This document shows, in pieces, positions 8,658 to 19,451 of a stretch of 64,000 nucleotides of DNA (position 1 is the stretch's first letter; each line of letters starts with the position of its first letter). Both the position numbers and the translations under genes were made by a program. The notes below the pieces were generated by a model that was not told where the DNA came from, searched no databases, and was given only the letters and a program-made list of their open reading frames with translations. Origin of the DNA: Candidatus Aenigmatarchaeota archaeon (GTDB lineage Archaea; Aenigmatarchaeota; Aenigmatarchaeia; QMZP01); contig JBDRSV010000010.1 in assembly GCA_043824495.1 (NCBI GenBank), positions 1 to 64,000 of the forward strand, given 5' to 3'.

Positions 8658-10223
8658 TTATCCTTTACCTAGAAGTTTTCTGATTGCAGGATGTACATCT
8701 TCCATCTGTTGTTGTGCAATTTCCTCATATAATTGGAAGATTATCATTGTTGAAAGAAGTATTCCTGTACCTGTTCCTAGTGCTCCAGTGAAATCTGCAT
8801 AAGCTGCAAGAGCTCCAACCGCAGCTCCACCAAGAACTGCTAAAGAAGGAATGTATCTATCCAGAACTCTTTCTATTATTCTTACATCTCTTCTGTAGCC
8901 AGGTATCTGCAGACCTGTTGATTCTATTTGCTCAGCAACAGCTTTAGAGCTCATACCAGCTGTTGTGACCCAGAATATAGAGAATATTACAGATCCACAT
9001 ATCATGAATGCTGCATATGTGATCATTCTAAGAATGTCAGTTGGAGCTATGTATCCAAGAGATCCTAGACCCAAAAATGGCACCATTGCAAACCATACAA
9101 TGCCACCTAGGATAGCAAATAATATAGTTAATTTTAGTGCACTTTTCTTTGTGAAGTAAGCTAATATTGCGCCTACCAAAGCAAACAGACCTATGAATAC
9201 CATGACACCACCAAGAGCCTGGTTATTCGTAGGCGCTGACAAAAAGTAGACTAGACCACTTGTTGCTTGACCGTTCGCATCAAATGTTCCTAAGAACGTT
9301 ATTCCTCTCTGCGCCAGCATATTACCCATTAATTGTACATTGGCTAACAGAGCTGCAATAAGTATAACTGGAATGTTTGAGGTGTAGAAGAACTTCAATG
9401 GCCATCTTCTTCCGAATCCTCTTACCGAACCAAATGCTAGAGGAACTTCAACCTTTATAGCATTTGCATACACAACAAGCAAGAACACTACAACTGTAGC
9501 TATGAGCGGCAGCATTGCTAAGAATGCTTGAAGTGGTTCAGTTCCAATGAAGAAGAATACTTGTGGAAGCAATCCAACAGGTGCATTGTCTATTGTAGGT
9601 AAACATAATCTTGCTCCATCGATACAGTTAGTTGCGAATGGGTTAAATGCTCTTGTTATGATACCTGAGGATACACCAGCAACAATGAACAATCCAATAC
9701 CTGAACCGAATCCCCACTTTGATATGACCTCATCCATGTAAATTACAAGTATTCCACCTAGAGCTAGTTGACCAACAACTATCCATATCAGTTCGGGAGC
9801 TGATGCTGGTACTGCACCCATAAGTACGAATACAATTGCTTCTACTATAGATAAAGTAATACCTAAGAGCTTCTGAGATCCTTGGAAAAGCATTTTACCT
9901 TCTTCTGTTTTGAGATCCCATGGTATGATCTTCGAACCTACCATCAGTTGTAGTATAATGGATGCTGTAACTATAGGTCCAATACCTAAGCTCATTAAGG
10001 AACCAAACTTAGCTCCAAGAATCAATTCGAATAAACCGAAAGCTTGAATTCTAGCTGTATCCGCACCGAATACAGTTAACTGTGACATTACGAAATAGAT
10101 TAGAAGAATTATTACTGTCCATTTTACTTTTTGTTTAAACGTCATTCTCTTTATAGGACTCGCTATTGACGGTAGTCTTTTTAACACGTTCAGATAAGAG
10201 TTCTCGAATCCCATAAAAATCAA
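8658..10223 (-). CDS. secY: Preprotein translocase SecY (Sec61-alpha)
   Basis: GSLMSLGIGPIVTASIILQL, SGIGLFI, PLKFFYTSNIPVI and GTGILL motifs. Confidence 0.97.
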   Translation of the reverse strand: MIFMGFENSYLNVLKRLPSIASPIKRMTFKQKVKWTVIILLIYFVMSQLTVFGADTARIQAFGLFELILGAKFGSLMSLGIGPIVTASIILQLMVGSKIIPWDLKTEEGKMLFQGSQKLLGITLSIVEAIVFVLMGAVPASAPELIWIVVGQLALGGILVIYMDEVISKWGFGSGIGLFIVAGVSSGIITRAFNPFATNCIDGARLCLPTIDNAPVGLLPQVFFFIGTEPLQAFLAMLPLIATVVVFLLVVYANAIKVEVPLAFGSVRGFGRRWPLKFFYTSNIPVILIAALLANVQLMGNMLAQRGITFLGTFDANGQATSGLVYFLSAPTNNQALGGVMVFIGLFALVGAILAYFTKKSALKLTILFAILGGIVWFAMVPFLGLGSLGYIAPTDILRMITYAAFMICGSVIFSIFWVTTAGMSSKAVAEQIESTGLQIPGYRRDVRIIERVLDRYIPSLAVLGGAAVGALAAYADFTGALGTGTGILLSTMIIFQLYEEIAQQQMEDVHPAIRKLLGKG

Positions 10224-10267
10224 CTTTGTATTGTATAATTATAAGTTACTTCAATAAAAAGTCTTCC

Positions 10268-10666
10268 TCAAACTTCTACTGCTTTCCCCTTTGCCTTCTC
10301 TATTTTTTCTTTAGCAATTTTAGAAAATTGGTTAGCTTTGATTGTGAGTACTTGTGTTATCTGTCCAGTTCCAATAACTTTTTGATAACCAAACTTGGTT
10401 ACATCGATTTCTGTATCGTTTGTAAGTCCTACTAAATCTCTCAGGCCAATTGATTTCTTAGCTGAAGAGAATCCCTTTTGTTTTAATGATCTGAATCCAC
10501 GACTTCCTATATGATTAGGCTCATTTTTGAATATCCAGAATTTTTTATGTTTCAAAGATCCTGCATATCCTCTTCCGCCTCTTGATCCTGCTCCTCGATG
10601 CTTCTTTTTGCTACCATAACCATGAGTTTTTGTTCCTCTCATCTTGACGTTTTTCTTTCTTACCAT
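10268..10666 (-). CDS. rpl15: 50S ribosomal protein L15 (uL15)
   Basis: RGTKTHGYGSKKKHRGAGSRGGRG motif. Confidence 0.96.
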   Translation of the reverse strand: MVRKKNVKMRGTKTHGYGSKKKHRGAGSRGGRGYAGSLKHKKFWIFKNEPNHIGSRGFRSLKQKGFSSAKKSIGLRDLVGLTNDTEIDVTKFGYQKVIGTGQITQVLTIKANQFSKIAKEKIEKAKGKAVEV

Positions 10667-10677
10667 ACGGATCCTTC

Positions 10678-11109
10678 TTAAATCATTTTATTTAGTAGAA
10701 TGTTTATGTTATCTCCTCTATATCCAAGAGATCCTCTTGGGTATGAAGATCTAACTGATTTGTATCCTTTTGATGGAGGAGATAATCTGAAAACCGGTTT
10801 CAAATCTTTAACATTTTTAGTTGATTTATTTTTCAGTATTTCTTTGACAACTTCTTTTGACATCTTTTCTTCTATCTTCTTATCACCAACTAATCTACCC
10901 CTTTTTGCTACCAGTTTTTCTAATGTTTTATCATCAATTTCGCCCCATGTGATGTAATCTTTAGTTTTTCTTAGCATGCCTGTCATGTTTAGTGTCTCGT
11001 TAATTACAACACAATGATTGACCCTGTTAAGTCTAAGCATACTTAAAGTATCTTTTATTTCTTGAGAAAGATGAACTTCACCTCTAATACGGATTACTGC
11101 CAGCATCAC
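10678..11109 (-). CDS. rpl30: 50S ribosomal protein L30 (uL30)
   Basis: AVIRIRG, TLSMLRL, YITWGE and PVFRLSPP motifs. Confidence 0.96.
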   Translation of the reverse strand: MMLAVIRIRGEVHLSQEIKDTLSMLRLNRVNHCVVINETLNMTGMLRKTKDYITWGEIDDKTLEKLVAKRGRLVGDKKIEEKMSKEVVKEILKNKSTKNVKDLKPVFRLSPPSKGYKSVRSSYPRGSLGYRGDNINILLNKMI

Positions 11110-11918
11110 AAATCACCCTTAGTTTTATTTAATTGCTTCAAGGCTTCGAAAATTGCGTAGGCAAGATTGGTTCTAGTTCCTGTTTGTCCACGTGTTTTAA
11201 CCCACACATCACTTATTCCTGATAAACCTAAAATCTTTCTCGATTCTTTGTCAGCTACAATACCAAGTCCTTTTGGTGCAGGCATTAATTTAACTGTCAC
11301 AGAACCGAATTTAACTTCTGTTTTAAATGGAATTGAGTGTGATCCATCGCATCCGCATTCCCAGCTTCCGCAACCCTTCACAACTCTAAGAACATTAAGC
11401 TTGGCTTGTTTTGTTGCTTTTTCTATTGCAACTCTGTGTTCTCTTGAAGAAGCTTTTCCTACACCGACTATGTTTCTCCCGTCGCCAACAACAATTACTG
11501 CAGTTAGTTTGAATCTTCTTCCGGATTTGTGTACTCTCACAGTTCTCTTTGTTGCAGTTCTTCTAATACCTCCGCCCTTTCCTGGGCTTCCGCCAATATA
11601 AATGACCTCTGTTTGTAGGTCAGGAACCAGAGTCTCAACGATTTCTGGTTCAAGAATAGTTTCTCCTTTCATGAGCAAATCTTCTAAACTAGCGAATTCG
11701 CCTTTCAAAACTCTATGACCAAGTTGTGTTTTAGGAATCCATTCTTCTGCGGGTGCTCTTCTTTGGTGTTTTCTGTCCCCTCTGGATGCAAATGATCCTT
11801 TACCACGAGGTTTTTTTTCTATGACATTTTCTACAATTTCTTCCTTTGTACCCATGTCTTGTTTAGGCTTTTCTTCTTGCTCTTTCACTTTTTCTTTAGT
11901 TTCTTTTTTATCTACCAT
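11106..11918 (-). CDS. rps5: 30S ribosomal protein S5 (uS5)
   Basis: WIPKTQLG, GCGSWECGC and PAPKGLG motifs. Confidence 0.96.
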   Translation of the reverse strand: MVDKKETKEKVKEQEEKPKQDMGTKEEIVENVIEKKPRGKGSFASRGDRKHQRRAPAEEWIPKTQLGHRVLKGEFASLEDLLMKGETILEPEIVETLVPDLQTEVIYIGGSPGKGGGIRRTATKRTVRVHKSGRRFKLTAVIVVGDGRNIVGVGKASSREHRVAIEKATKQAKLNVLRVVKGCGSWECGCDGSHSIPFKTEVKFGSVTVKLMPAPKGLGIVADKESRKILGLSGISDVWVKTRGQTGTRTNLAYAIFEALKQLNKTKGDL

Positions 11919-12557
11919 TTAATCACCGAGGTAACGTCGTCTTTTCTTGATCTTCTCGATTTGCTTACTCACTTCTTTGGATCTTGTATATTTATCTTTA
12001 TAAACATTTAAAAGCGTGTTCCAGGTCTCTTCTAGACGTTTGAAATGAGCTGCCTTCAGTGCTTCGTATAAAAGATGTAAATCGACAGCTTGGTCCTCTA
12101 TTTTCTGCGAGAATCTACCCAAACCAAAATCAATCAGATATAGCTCATACGCTCCAGGCTTACTGTTTTTGAGAATCATGTTGCTAGTTGTGAGATCTCC
12201 GTGGATCACACTAGAAGAATGTAGGGATGCTATGGATTCTCCTATAAGCTTATAGACTTGCATCCTCTTTGTTTTGTCATAAGAATCTAAAGTATTTTTC
12301 AGTTTATCACCTTTGATATATTCCATTATGATTTTGAATTCTTCTAATTCTAGTACTCTGGGTACATGAACACCAGCTCTTCTAGCTCGTTCAAGAAGTC
12401 TATTCTCGTTCTTAGTTCTCTGTCTTCGCATAGTCTTGTCTAAATCAGGGACTCTGTATCCCTTTTCTATCCTCTCTTTTACAAGAACTTCTTTCCCTTC
12501 AAACTTATCCAAATAAAGAATAGCTTCTGCGCCTTGCTGGATGATTTTCATAGGCAT
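11919..12557 (-). CDS. bud32: KEOPS complex kinase Bud32
   Basis: QGAEA, KERIEKGYR, HGDLTTSNM and LIDFGL motifs. Confidence 0.95.
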   Translation of the reverse strand: MPMKIIQQGAEAILYLDKFEGKEVLVKERIEKGYRVPDLDKTMRRQRTKNENRLLERARRAGVHVPRVLELEEFKIIMEYIKGDKLKNTLDSYDKTKRMQVYKLIGESIASLHSSSVIHGDLTTSNMILKNSKPGAYELYLIDFGLGRFSQKIEDQAVDLHLLYEALKAAHFKRLEETWNTLLNVYKDKYTRSKEVSKQIEKIKKRRRYLGD

Positions 12558-12592
12558 ACTATTATTTAAGACATTCTGTTTAAAAGAATGAT

Positions 12593-14041
12593 ATGGCTAA
12601 AGAGGAAGGAGTGGGACTCAAATACCCTAAATCTAATTTTTCTGAGTGGTATAATGAGCTCTTAATGAAGGCAGAGTTAGCTGATTTGAGATATAATGCT
12701 AAAGGATTCTTGGTTCATAGACCTACAGCAGTTTTGACAATGAGAGAAATGTATAAATTATACGAGGCTGCTCTTGAGAGAAAAGGACATCAGCCTGTGC
12801 TGTTCCCTGCTGTTATCCCAGAAGAAAACTTCTTGAAAGAAGCAGAACATGTAAAAGGCTTCCAGCCAGAAGTTTTCTGGATAACAGTTGGCGAAGGTAA
12901 AGACAAAGAGAGACTAGCTCTTAGGCCAACATCAGAAACTGCTATGTATAGAATGTATTCTTTGTGGATAAGAAGCTGGAGAGATTTGCCTCTAAAACTC
13001 TACCAATCTGTTCAAGTTTGGAGATGTGATACAAAAGCAACAAGACCTTTCATCCGCGGAAGAGAATTTTATTGGTTAGAAGCTCATGATGTTTTTGCAA
13101 CAAAAAAAGAATCAGAAGATCAGGTAATAGAAGATATGCAGACAACTGAAGAAGTTCTTCACCAGGAATTTGGCATACCTTTCATTCCTTTCCAAAGACC
13201 AGAATGGGACAAGTTCCCAGGAGCTGTTCATACTTTTGCAGCTGATTGTTTAATGCCTGATGGGAAGATTATACAACAGCCTTCTACTCATCTACTAGGA
13301 CAAAATTTTGCAAAATCATTTAATGTGAAGTTTAAAGACAAGAATGAGAAAGAACAATTAGCTTGGCAGACCTGTTATGGTCCAGCTGTTTGGAGAATGA
13401 TATCATCTGTAATAGCTACGCATGGTGATGATCAAGGCTTAATCTTACCTTTCAAAATTGCACCAATTCAAGTTGTTTTAATTCCAGTAGTTCTAGATAA
13501 CCAAATCCTGAAAAAATGTGAACAACTTGAAAAAAATCTAAGAGACAAAGGACTTCGTGTGAAAACAGACACTACAGATAACAGAGCTGGTTGGAAATTC
13601 AATCAATGGGAATTAAAAGGCGTGCCAATTAGATTAGAAATTGGAAACAATGAGATTAGGGAAAAGAAAATAACTCTTGCAAGAAGAGACATGAAAGACA
13701 AGATAAAAATTGACGAGAAAAAACTATACGAAACCATAATAAAGGAAGGACAAAAACTTTCTTCAAATTTGTTAGAAAAAGCAGATAAAGATTTCAATAG
13801 TAGAATTCATTCCGCAAAAAACATGAAAGAACTTGAAGAAAAATTAAAAGGGGGTGGTTTTGTAAAAATTAGCTTTTGTTCAATTGATTCTGATGGAGAG
13901 AAATGTGCAGGTAAGCTACAAGAAAAAACGCATGCACACGTAAGAGGAAGGAGAATAGACATAAAAGAAAAGGCTGCAGGTGAATGCCTCTTCTGTGGCA
14001 AAAAAGCAAAAGAAATTGTTTATGTTGGAAAGCAGTATTAG
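12593..14041 (+). CDS. proS: Proline--tRNA ligase (archaeal/eukaryotic type)
   Basis: FSEWY, LRPTSET, FIRGREF.W.EAH motifs and a C-terminal Zn domain. Confidence 0.96.
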   Translation: MAKEEGVGLKYPKSNFSEWYNELLMKAELADLRYNAKGFLVHRPTAVLTMREMYKLYEAALERKGHQPVLFPAVIPEENFLKEAEHVKGFQPEVFWITVGEGKDKERLALRPTSETAMYRMYSLWIRSWRDLPLKLYQSVQVWRCDTKATRPFIRGREFYWLEAHDVFATKKESEDQVIEDMQTTEEVLHQEFGIPFIPFQRPEWDKFPGAVHTFAADCLMPDGKIIQQPSTHLLGQNFAKSFNVKFKDKNEKEQLAWQTCYGPAVWRMISSVIATHGDDQGLILPFKIAPIQVVLIPVVLDNQILKKCEQLEKNLRDKGLRVKTDTTDNRAGWKFNQWELKGVPIRLEIGNNEIREKKITLARRDMKDKIKIDEKKLYETIIKEGQKLSSNLLEKADKDFNSRIHSAKNMKELEEKLKGGGFVKISFCSIDSDGEKCAGKLQEKTHAHVRGRRIDIKEKAAGECLFCGKKAKEIVYVGKQY

Positions 14042-15141
14042 TTTTTGTTGATCACATGATACGACATGGGCTTATTTTTTCTATATAGCCAATTCTTTAC
14101 ATTATGAATAGGCAAATCCAATTTTTGTGCTATTTTATATGCTGATAAGCCTTTTTTTCTCATTTGAAGAGATTTTTCGTATTTACTTATTTTATCCAGT
14201 TCTTTTTTGGCACAGACTCCAATCCTTCTGGAATATTTCATCATTTGATTCTTTCTTTCCGTGTTGTGCAAAAATCCTATATTCTGAATGAATTTGTTCA
14301 AATTTATGTAATTACTATGAATAACAAAATACAATTGTACCATAGTACTATTGTCTCTTGATCTAGTATATAATCGATCAATTTTTACGTCTGTAGTTGA
14401 TACACCAAATTCTGATATAAGTTTTCTTAGTTGATTTAAATAAAATATTCCCGAATCGACTTGATTTTTAGTTTTTATAGAATAGAACTTAAGGGACTGG
14501 AATGCAAATCTGTTTTTAAATATCAGTTTTATATTACTCAACTCACTGTCACATAAGCCTTGTAAAAATTTCCTTTTTAGTTCGCTCTGATTTTCTGTGT
14601 CCAATATCCATTTAGGAACAGAAAAATCAGATTTTGTTTTGTCCCCAACAGTGCAACCTAGGCACATCATAAAACGTGTGAAAGCATTATCACTAATACA
14701 CATTTTTCCATTGTGTATTTTATAAACATGTATTTGTCCTCTAACCGAGAAAGATTCAAGTAATTCATTAAAGACAGGCAAATCATCTGAATGTCCGTAG
14801 AACCAAGTATTGCATAATTTCCTATGTATATTACCATCACCTAGACAATAGCCCACTAGATAAGCAAGTTTTTCTGCATCTTTTGAAGCTCTAGAAACAG
14901 AAAAATAACCTCTTTTTTGTGCCTTTAAAAGACATTTAACAGATGATGGAACACTTTTTTCTTTCCTAATCCAATTACTTAATCTATGTTCTGATATACC
15001 TGTTTTTTGAATAATTTCCGCTCGTCTAAAGCCTCTATCCATCCATACCTTCGCACTGAAATAATCATCTAACAGACTCTGATGAAAAGAATCAAAAGTT
15101 TTAACAAAATCCTCCTTTTCCAGTAGATATTGTTTCCTCAT
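14038..15141 (-). CDS. Free-standing double-motif LAGLIDADG endonuclease-like protein with terminal HTHs
   Basis: LAYLVGYCLGDGNI and FLQGLCDSEL motifs, HTH-like segments at both ends, no intein splicing motifs. Confidence 0.85.
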   Translation of the reverse strand: MRKQYLLEKEDFVKTFDSFHQSLLDDYFSAKVWMDRGFRRAEIIQKTGISEHRLSNWIRKEKSVPSSVKCLLKAQKRGYFSVSRASKDAEKLAYLVGYCLGDGNIHRKLCNTWFYGHSDDLPVFNELLESFSVRGQIHVYKIHNGKMCISDNAFTRFMMCLGCTVGDKTKSDFSVPKWILDTENQSELKRKFLQGLCDSELSNIKLIFKNRFAFQSLKFYSIKTKNQVDSGIFYLNQLRKLISEFGVSTTDVKIDRLYTRSRDNSTMVQLYFVIHSNYINLNKFIQNIGFLHNTERKNQMMKYSRRIGVCAKKELDKISKYEKSLQMRKKGLSAYKIAQKLDLPIHNVKNWLYRKNKPMSYHVINKN

Positions 15142-15306
15142 AGATATATATTGATCTATATGTATTTAAGTATTTATTCATAAAAACCAACAGGAAAATG
15201 TGTAGTATGTGGATCCAAAAAAACAGAACACGTCGTCTACATTTCTAAAGCATATTAACTACGTGTGATCTATACATTATTAAAGTTCATTCTTGTCAGT
15301 TAAAAC

Positions 15307-15573
15307 ATGTTAATATTTGATGGAGAGGTTCCTTTGCCTGTAGTTCATGATACTACAGTTATCTATCATGTGGATCCGAAATCAGGTGATAATTCTCTTG
15401 AATGGACTCATCTTTACGCTTCTAATCTTTATGCTGATCGTAGAGAGATTGGTAAATTTCAAGTTTTTGAAGATCCAACAGACGATGATATGGTAGCAGC
15501 GTCTAGATATTTTATGAGACATATTTCACCGATTCTTATCCAGTACCTTTGGAGAGAGCGAGTTATCGGGTAG
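15307..15573 (+). CDS. Hypothetical protein
   Basis: 88-aa ORF between the endonuclease and valS. Confidence 0.5.
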   Translation: MLIFDGEVPLPVVHDTTVIYHVDPKSGDNSLEWTHLYASNLYADRREIGKFQVFEDPTDDDMVAASRYFMRHISPILIQYLWRERVIG

Positions 15574-15679
15574 TGGAGGATGATGTAACAGGTCGAAACG
15601 AAAGAGTTTTGGGTCATGGAGAGGTAAAAGATCTATTCGAGGATTAACACTTATTTAATTCTGAAACCAATTACATGAT

Positions 15680-18088
15680 ATGGTCGATACAAACGAACCT
15701 GAATTGAAAGGAAAGAGATGGGATAAAGAGTTTGAAGATCCAATAAGAGCAGCATGGAGAGATGACAAAAAATTCACTTTCCGTCCCAATACAAAGAAAC
15801 CTGTTTTTTCTATAGATACGCCGCCACCATATGTAAATGCACCTGTTCATATAGGTCAGGCTGCAACATACACTATCATGGATATGATTGCCAGATTCAA
15901 GAGAATGACGGGACATCAAGTTTTATTCCCCTTAGGCTTAGATAGAAATGGTTTACCTGTGGAAGTTGAAACGGAAAAGAAGTTCAAAGTTTCTATTCAT
16001 GATGTCTCAAGACAAGAATTCATAAACATGTGCAGGAAATTGCTTGAGAAATCAAGTATGAAATCTGTAGAGTCTTTTTACAGATTAGGACATTCTTATA
16101 ACTCCTGGAAATTGGGAACGAGTATAGGAGATGTTTATCATACTGATTCGGATGATTACAGAAAACTTACACAAAATACATTCATAGATCTATGGGAAAA
16201 GGGAATGATATATTCGGATACAAAAGTAAATAATTATTGTCCAAAATGTAGAACAACAATAGCTGATTCTGAAATAGAATATGAAAACAAAAGTACAAAA
16301 TTCAATCACATAAAATTCAAAGTTAAACAAGACGGAAGAGAAATTCTGATTGCAACTACAAGACCAGAGCTTCTTGCTGCTTGTAAAACAGTTATTTACA
16401 ATCCTAAAGATGAAAGATACAAAGATTTGAAAGGAAAGACAGCCATAGTTCCTATATACGATATAGAAGTTCCTATAATACCTCATACTTATGCAAAAAT
16501 AGATTCTGGAACAGGTCTCGCTATGATGTGTTCTTTTGGTGATTACACAGATATAAGATTGTTTAGGGAGCTAAAATTAGATCCAGTTATACTCATAGAT
16601 GAAGATGGAAAAATGAATGATAAAGCTGGTTTCTTAGAAGGAAAAACAGTTAAAGAAGCAAGAGAATCTATCATACTTGAACTAGAATCCAAAGATTTGT
16701 TATACAAGCAAGAGACCATAACACACAGAACTCCTATTTGTGAAAGAAGTAAAACAGAAATAGAATTCATAGGATTACCTGAATTATATTTGAAACAGAT
16801 GGACTTCAGAGATGATATCAGGAAAATGGGAAAGACAACCAAGTTCTTTGCTCCTAGATCTCGTAAATTCTTGATGGACTGGATAGATAACCTATCCATG
16901 GATTGGGCAATTTCTAGAAGAAGATACTACGCAACTGAAATACCCTTATGGTATTGTGGTGGATGCAATGAACCAATAGTTCCTAAGAAAGGAAAATATT
17001 ACAAACCTTGGAAAGAGAGTCCTCCTATTAAAAAATGTCCTAGATGCGGAAGCATAGAGTTCAGACCTGAGACACGTGTATTTGATACATGGTTTGATTC
17101 TTCTATTTCACCTCTATACATATTACAATATGATAAAGATTACAGATTCTTCGGAAGAACTGCTCCATGTAGTCTGAGACCACAGGGAAAAGAAATTGTG
17201 AGAACATGGCTATACTATACTCTTCTCAGAACGTACCAATTAACAAAGAGACCAATATTTGAAAATGCGTGGATTCATTATCATGTGTTAGATGAAAAAG
17301 GAAACAAGATGAGTAAGTCCCTAGGAAATGTTATAGATCCTATGGAAGTTATAGAGAAATTTGGTGCAGAACCTTTCCGAATATGGTGCTCCATAGAGGG
17401 AAACATAACAAATTCAGATTTGAAATGTTCTTTTGACAGGATAGAAGGAGCTTCAAAATTCTTAACCAAGTTATGGAATGTTGCTCGTTTCATTTCCATG
17501 TTCAAACATTCAACAAAAACCAAAACTCTAACAAAAACAGATTATTGGATACTAAAAGAAATGCACAAACTCATAGAAAAAACAACAAAATCTTACGAGA
17601 ATTATGATTTCCACACACCAATGATTGAAATAAAACACTTTATTTGGGAAACACTTGCATCACATTATATAGAATTAGTAAAGAGCAGAGCTTACAATCA
17701 GGACGGGAAATTCACAAAAACAGAACAGAGAGCTGCCATATTTACATTAAATGAGGTTCTAGACGGGTTGTTAATACTTCTATCACCGGTAGCCTGTTTC
17801 ATAACACACAAGATATACAAAGATATTAGAAACAAGATCATAGAAGATGAAGAATTTGTGAAAGTAAATAATCATTATCTAAAAGAAAAAGTAGATTTCA
17901 AAACAAAAGATTTAACCGAACTTAATAGTAGAATCTGGAAGAAGAAGAAAGACAAGGGATTGTCTCTTAAAATCCCAATTAAACATGCAATACTTCCAAC
18001 TAAATTCAAAACAATAGCAAAAGATTTACAGGCAACGCATAACATAGAGAAGCTAGAGTTCGGAGCAAAGTTCGGTATTTGGTTCTAA
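15680..18088 (+). CDS. valS: Valine--tRNA ligase
   Basis: IDTPPPY, HIGQ, DWAISRRRY, DTWFDSS and KMSKS motifs. Confidence 0.96.
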   Translation: MVDTNEPELKGKRWDKEFEDPIRAAWRDDKKFTFRPNTKKPVFSIDTPPPYVNAPVHIGQAATYTIMDMIARFKRMTGHQVLFPLGLDRNGLPVEVETEKKFKVSIHDVSRQEFINMCRKLLEKSSMKSVESFYRLGHSYNSWKLGTSIGDVYHTDSDDYRKLTQNTFIDLWEKGMIYSDTKVNNYCPKCRTTIADSEIEYENKSTKFNHIKFKVKQDGREILIATTRPELLAACKTVIYNPKDERYKDLKGKTAIVPIYDIEVPIIPHTYAKIDSGTGLAMMCSFGDYTDIRLFRELKLDPVILIDEDGKMNDKAGFLEGKTVKEARESIILELESKDLLYKQETITHRTPICERSKTEIEFIGLPELYLKQMDFRDDIRKMGKTTKFFAPRSRKFLMDWIDNLSMDWAISRRRYYATEIPLWYCGGCNEPIVPKKGKYYKPWKESPPIKKCPRCGSIEFRPETRVFDTWFDSSISPLYILQYDKDYRFFGRTAPCSLRPQGKEIVRTWLYYTLLRTYQLTKRPIFENAWIHYHVLDEKGNKMSKSLGNVIDPMEVIEKFGAEPFRIWCSIEGNITNSDLKCSFDRIEGASKFLTKLWNVARFISMFKHSTKTKTLTKTDYWILKEMHKLIEKTTKSYENYDFHTPMIEIKHFIWETLASHYIELVKSRAYNQDGKFTKTEQRAAIFTLNEVLDGLLILLSPVACFITHKIYKDIRNKIIEDEEFVKVNNHYLKEKVDFKTKDLTELNSRIWKKKKDKGLSLKIPIKHAILPTKFKTIAKDLQATHNIEKLEFGAKFGIWF

Positions 18089-18121
18089 GCGTTATTAAAC
18101 AGTAAAACTAATTCTAATTAT

Positions 18122-19030
18122 ATGATTGAAATAGTCATGCTAGGAACAGTATCAGGCATTCCTACGAAAAAAAGAAATCACCCTTCAATTTATTTGAGAT
18201 TCGAGGGAGAATCATTTTTGTGGGATTGTGGAGAAGGAACGCAAAGACAGTTAACAATAGCTCGATTGAATTTCATGAAATTAGAAAGAATTTTTATTAC
18301 ACATTGGCATGCAGATCACTGGGCTGGATTGATTGGTTTGATGCAAACAATGAATTTAGAGGGAAGAAAAAAACCTCTTTACATATATGGTCCAGAAGCA
18401 GAAAGATTTGTTGGAGACTTGCTAGATCTAGATTACTGGGGACCAGGATTTAAAATCATTCCTATCAACGTGCCTTTTGAAGGAATAGAAGAAAGTGTTA
18501 TATACAAAGCAGACAACTATGAAATTTTAAGTATACCAGTAAATCATACAGTACCTTCAGTAGCTTATGCTTTCAGAGAATATGATGTAAAGAATGTGGA
18601 CATAAAGAAAGCAACTAAACTATATGGACTAAAACAAGGACCTTTGGTGGGTCAACTAAAAGAAAAGGGAAATATAGAATACAAAGGAAAGAAAATCAAA
18701 TTAGATGATGTTGCTGTAATAAAAAAGGGAATTAAAGTTGTCTATTCTGGTGATACAAGAAAATGTGATACTCTAGTCAAGCTTTCAAAAAAAGCAGACA
18801 TACTTATTCATGATTCAACCTTTGGTGAAGATGATGCAGAAAACAAGATGCATACCGGAGCTAAAGATGCTGCATTAGTAGCTAAGAAAGCTGGGGTAGA
18901 TCAATTGATATTAACTCATTTTTCAAGAAGATATTTGGATGTAAAGCCTCTAGAAGATGAAGCTAAGAAAGTGTTCAAAAACACAAAAGCTGCATATGAC
19001 TTCATGAAAATAACTCTGAAAAGGAAATAA
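18122..19030 (+). CDS. rnz: Ribonuclease Z
   Basis: DCGEGTQ, THWHADH, YSGDT, IHDSTF and LTHFS motifs. Confidence 0.95.
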   Translation: MIEIVMLGTVSGIPTKKRNHPSIYLRFEGESFLWDCGEGTQRQLTIARLNFMKLERIFITHWHADHWAGLIGLMQTMNLEGRKKPLYIYGPEAERFVGDLLDLDYWGPGFKIIPINVPFEGIEESVIYKADNYEILSIPVNHTVPSVAYAFREYDVKNVDIKKATKLYGLKQGPLVGQLKEKGNIEYKGKKIKLDDVAVIKKGIKVVYSGDTRKCDTLVKLSKKADILIHDSTFGEDDAENKMHTGAKDAALVAKKAGVDQLILTHFSRRYLDVKPLEDEAKKVFKNTKAAYDFMKITLKRK

Positions 19031-19099
19031 TATTTACAAAAACCATAATCTTTTTATATCACGGTTTCAGAGAATCATATACCAAAATAAAGTGATCTC

Positions 19100-19417
19100 A
19101 TGAGTAAATTTAGATACATAACAAAAAGAGTCTTGAAAGATAAAGACGGTTTAGATAAAGGAAGAATTGTTGTTATAGTAAGAACTGGTTCTGATATGGC
19201 AGAAGTTGATTACACATGCCCTGAATGTGAAAAAGCAGAACACATAGAAGTGCCATGGGTGAGACCTTTCAAAACAAGATGTACTGGTTGTAACTGCTTG
19301 ATGAAAATAACAAAACTGAAAGACGATATCAAGAGAGAGAAGAAAGCTGAAGCTAAAAGAGAAGCAAAAAAAGCCCAAAAAGCAAAAGATGCCCAAGAAG
19401 TAACCCCAGAAGCTTAA
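19100..19417 (+). CDS. Small zinc-ribbon hypothetical protein
   Basis: CPEC...CTGC pairs and a Lys-rich tail. Confidence 0.75.
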   Translation: MSKFRYITKRVLKDKDGLDKGRIVVIVRTGSDMAEVDYTCPECEKAEHIEVPWVRPFKTRCTGCNCLMKITKLKDDIKREKKAEAKREAKKAQKAKDAQEVTPEA

Positions 19418-19451
19418 ACTATTTTTATTCCAGGAAATCAAATCATAAAAC

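Noticed and set aside
14038-15141. Intein or group I intron host for the LAGLIDADG ORF
   Set aside because: It lies antisense between intact genes, has no N-terminal Cys/Ser block and no His-Asn end, and proS and valS are uninterrupted.
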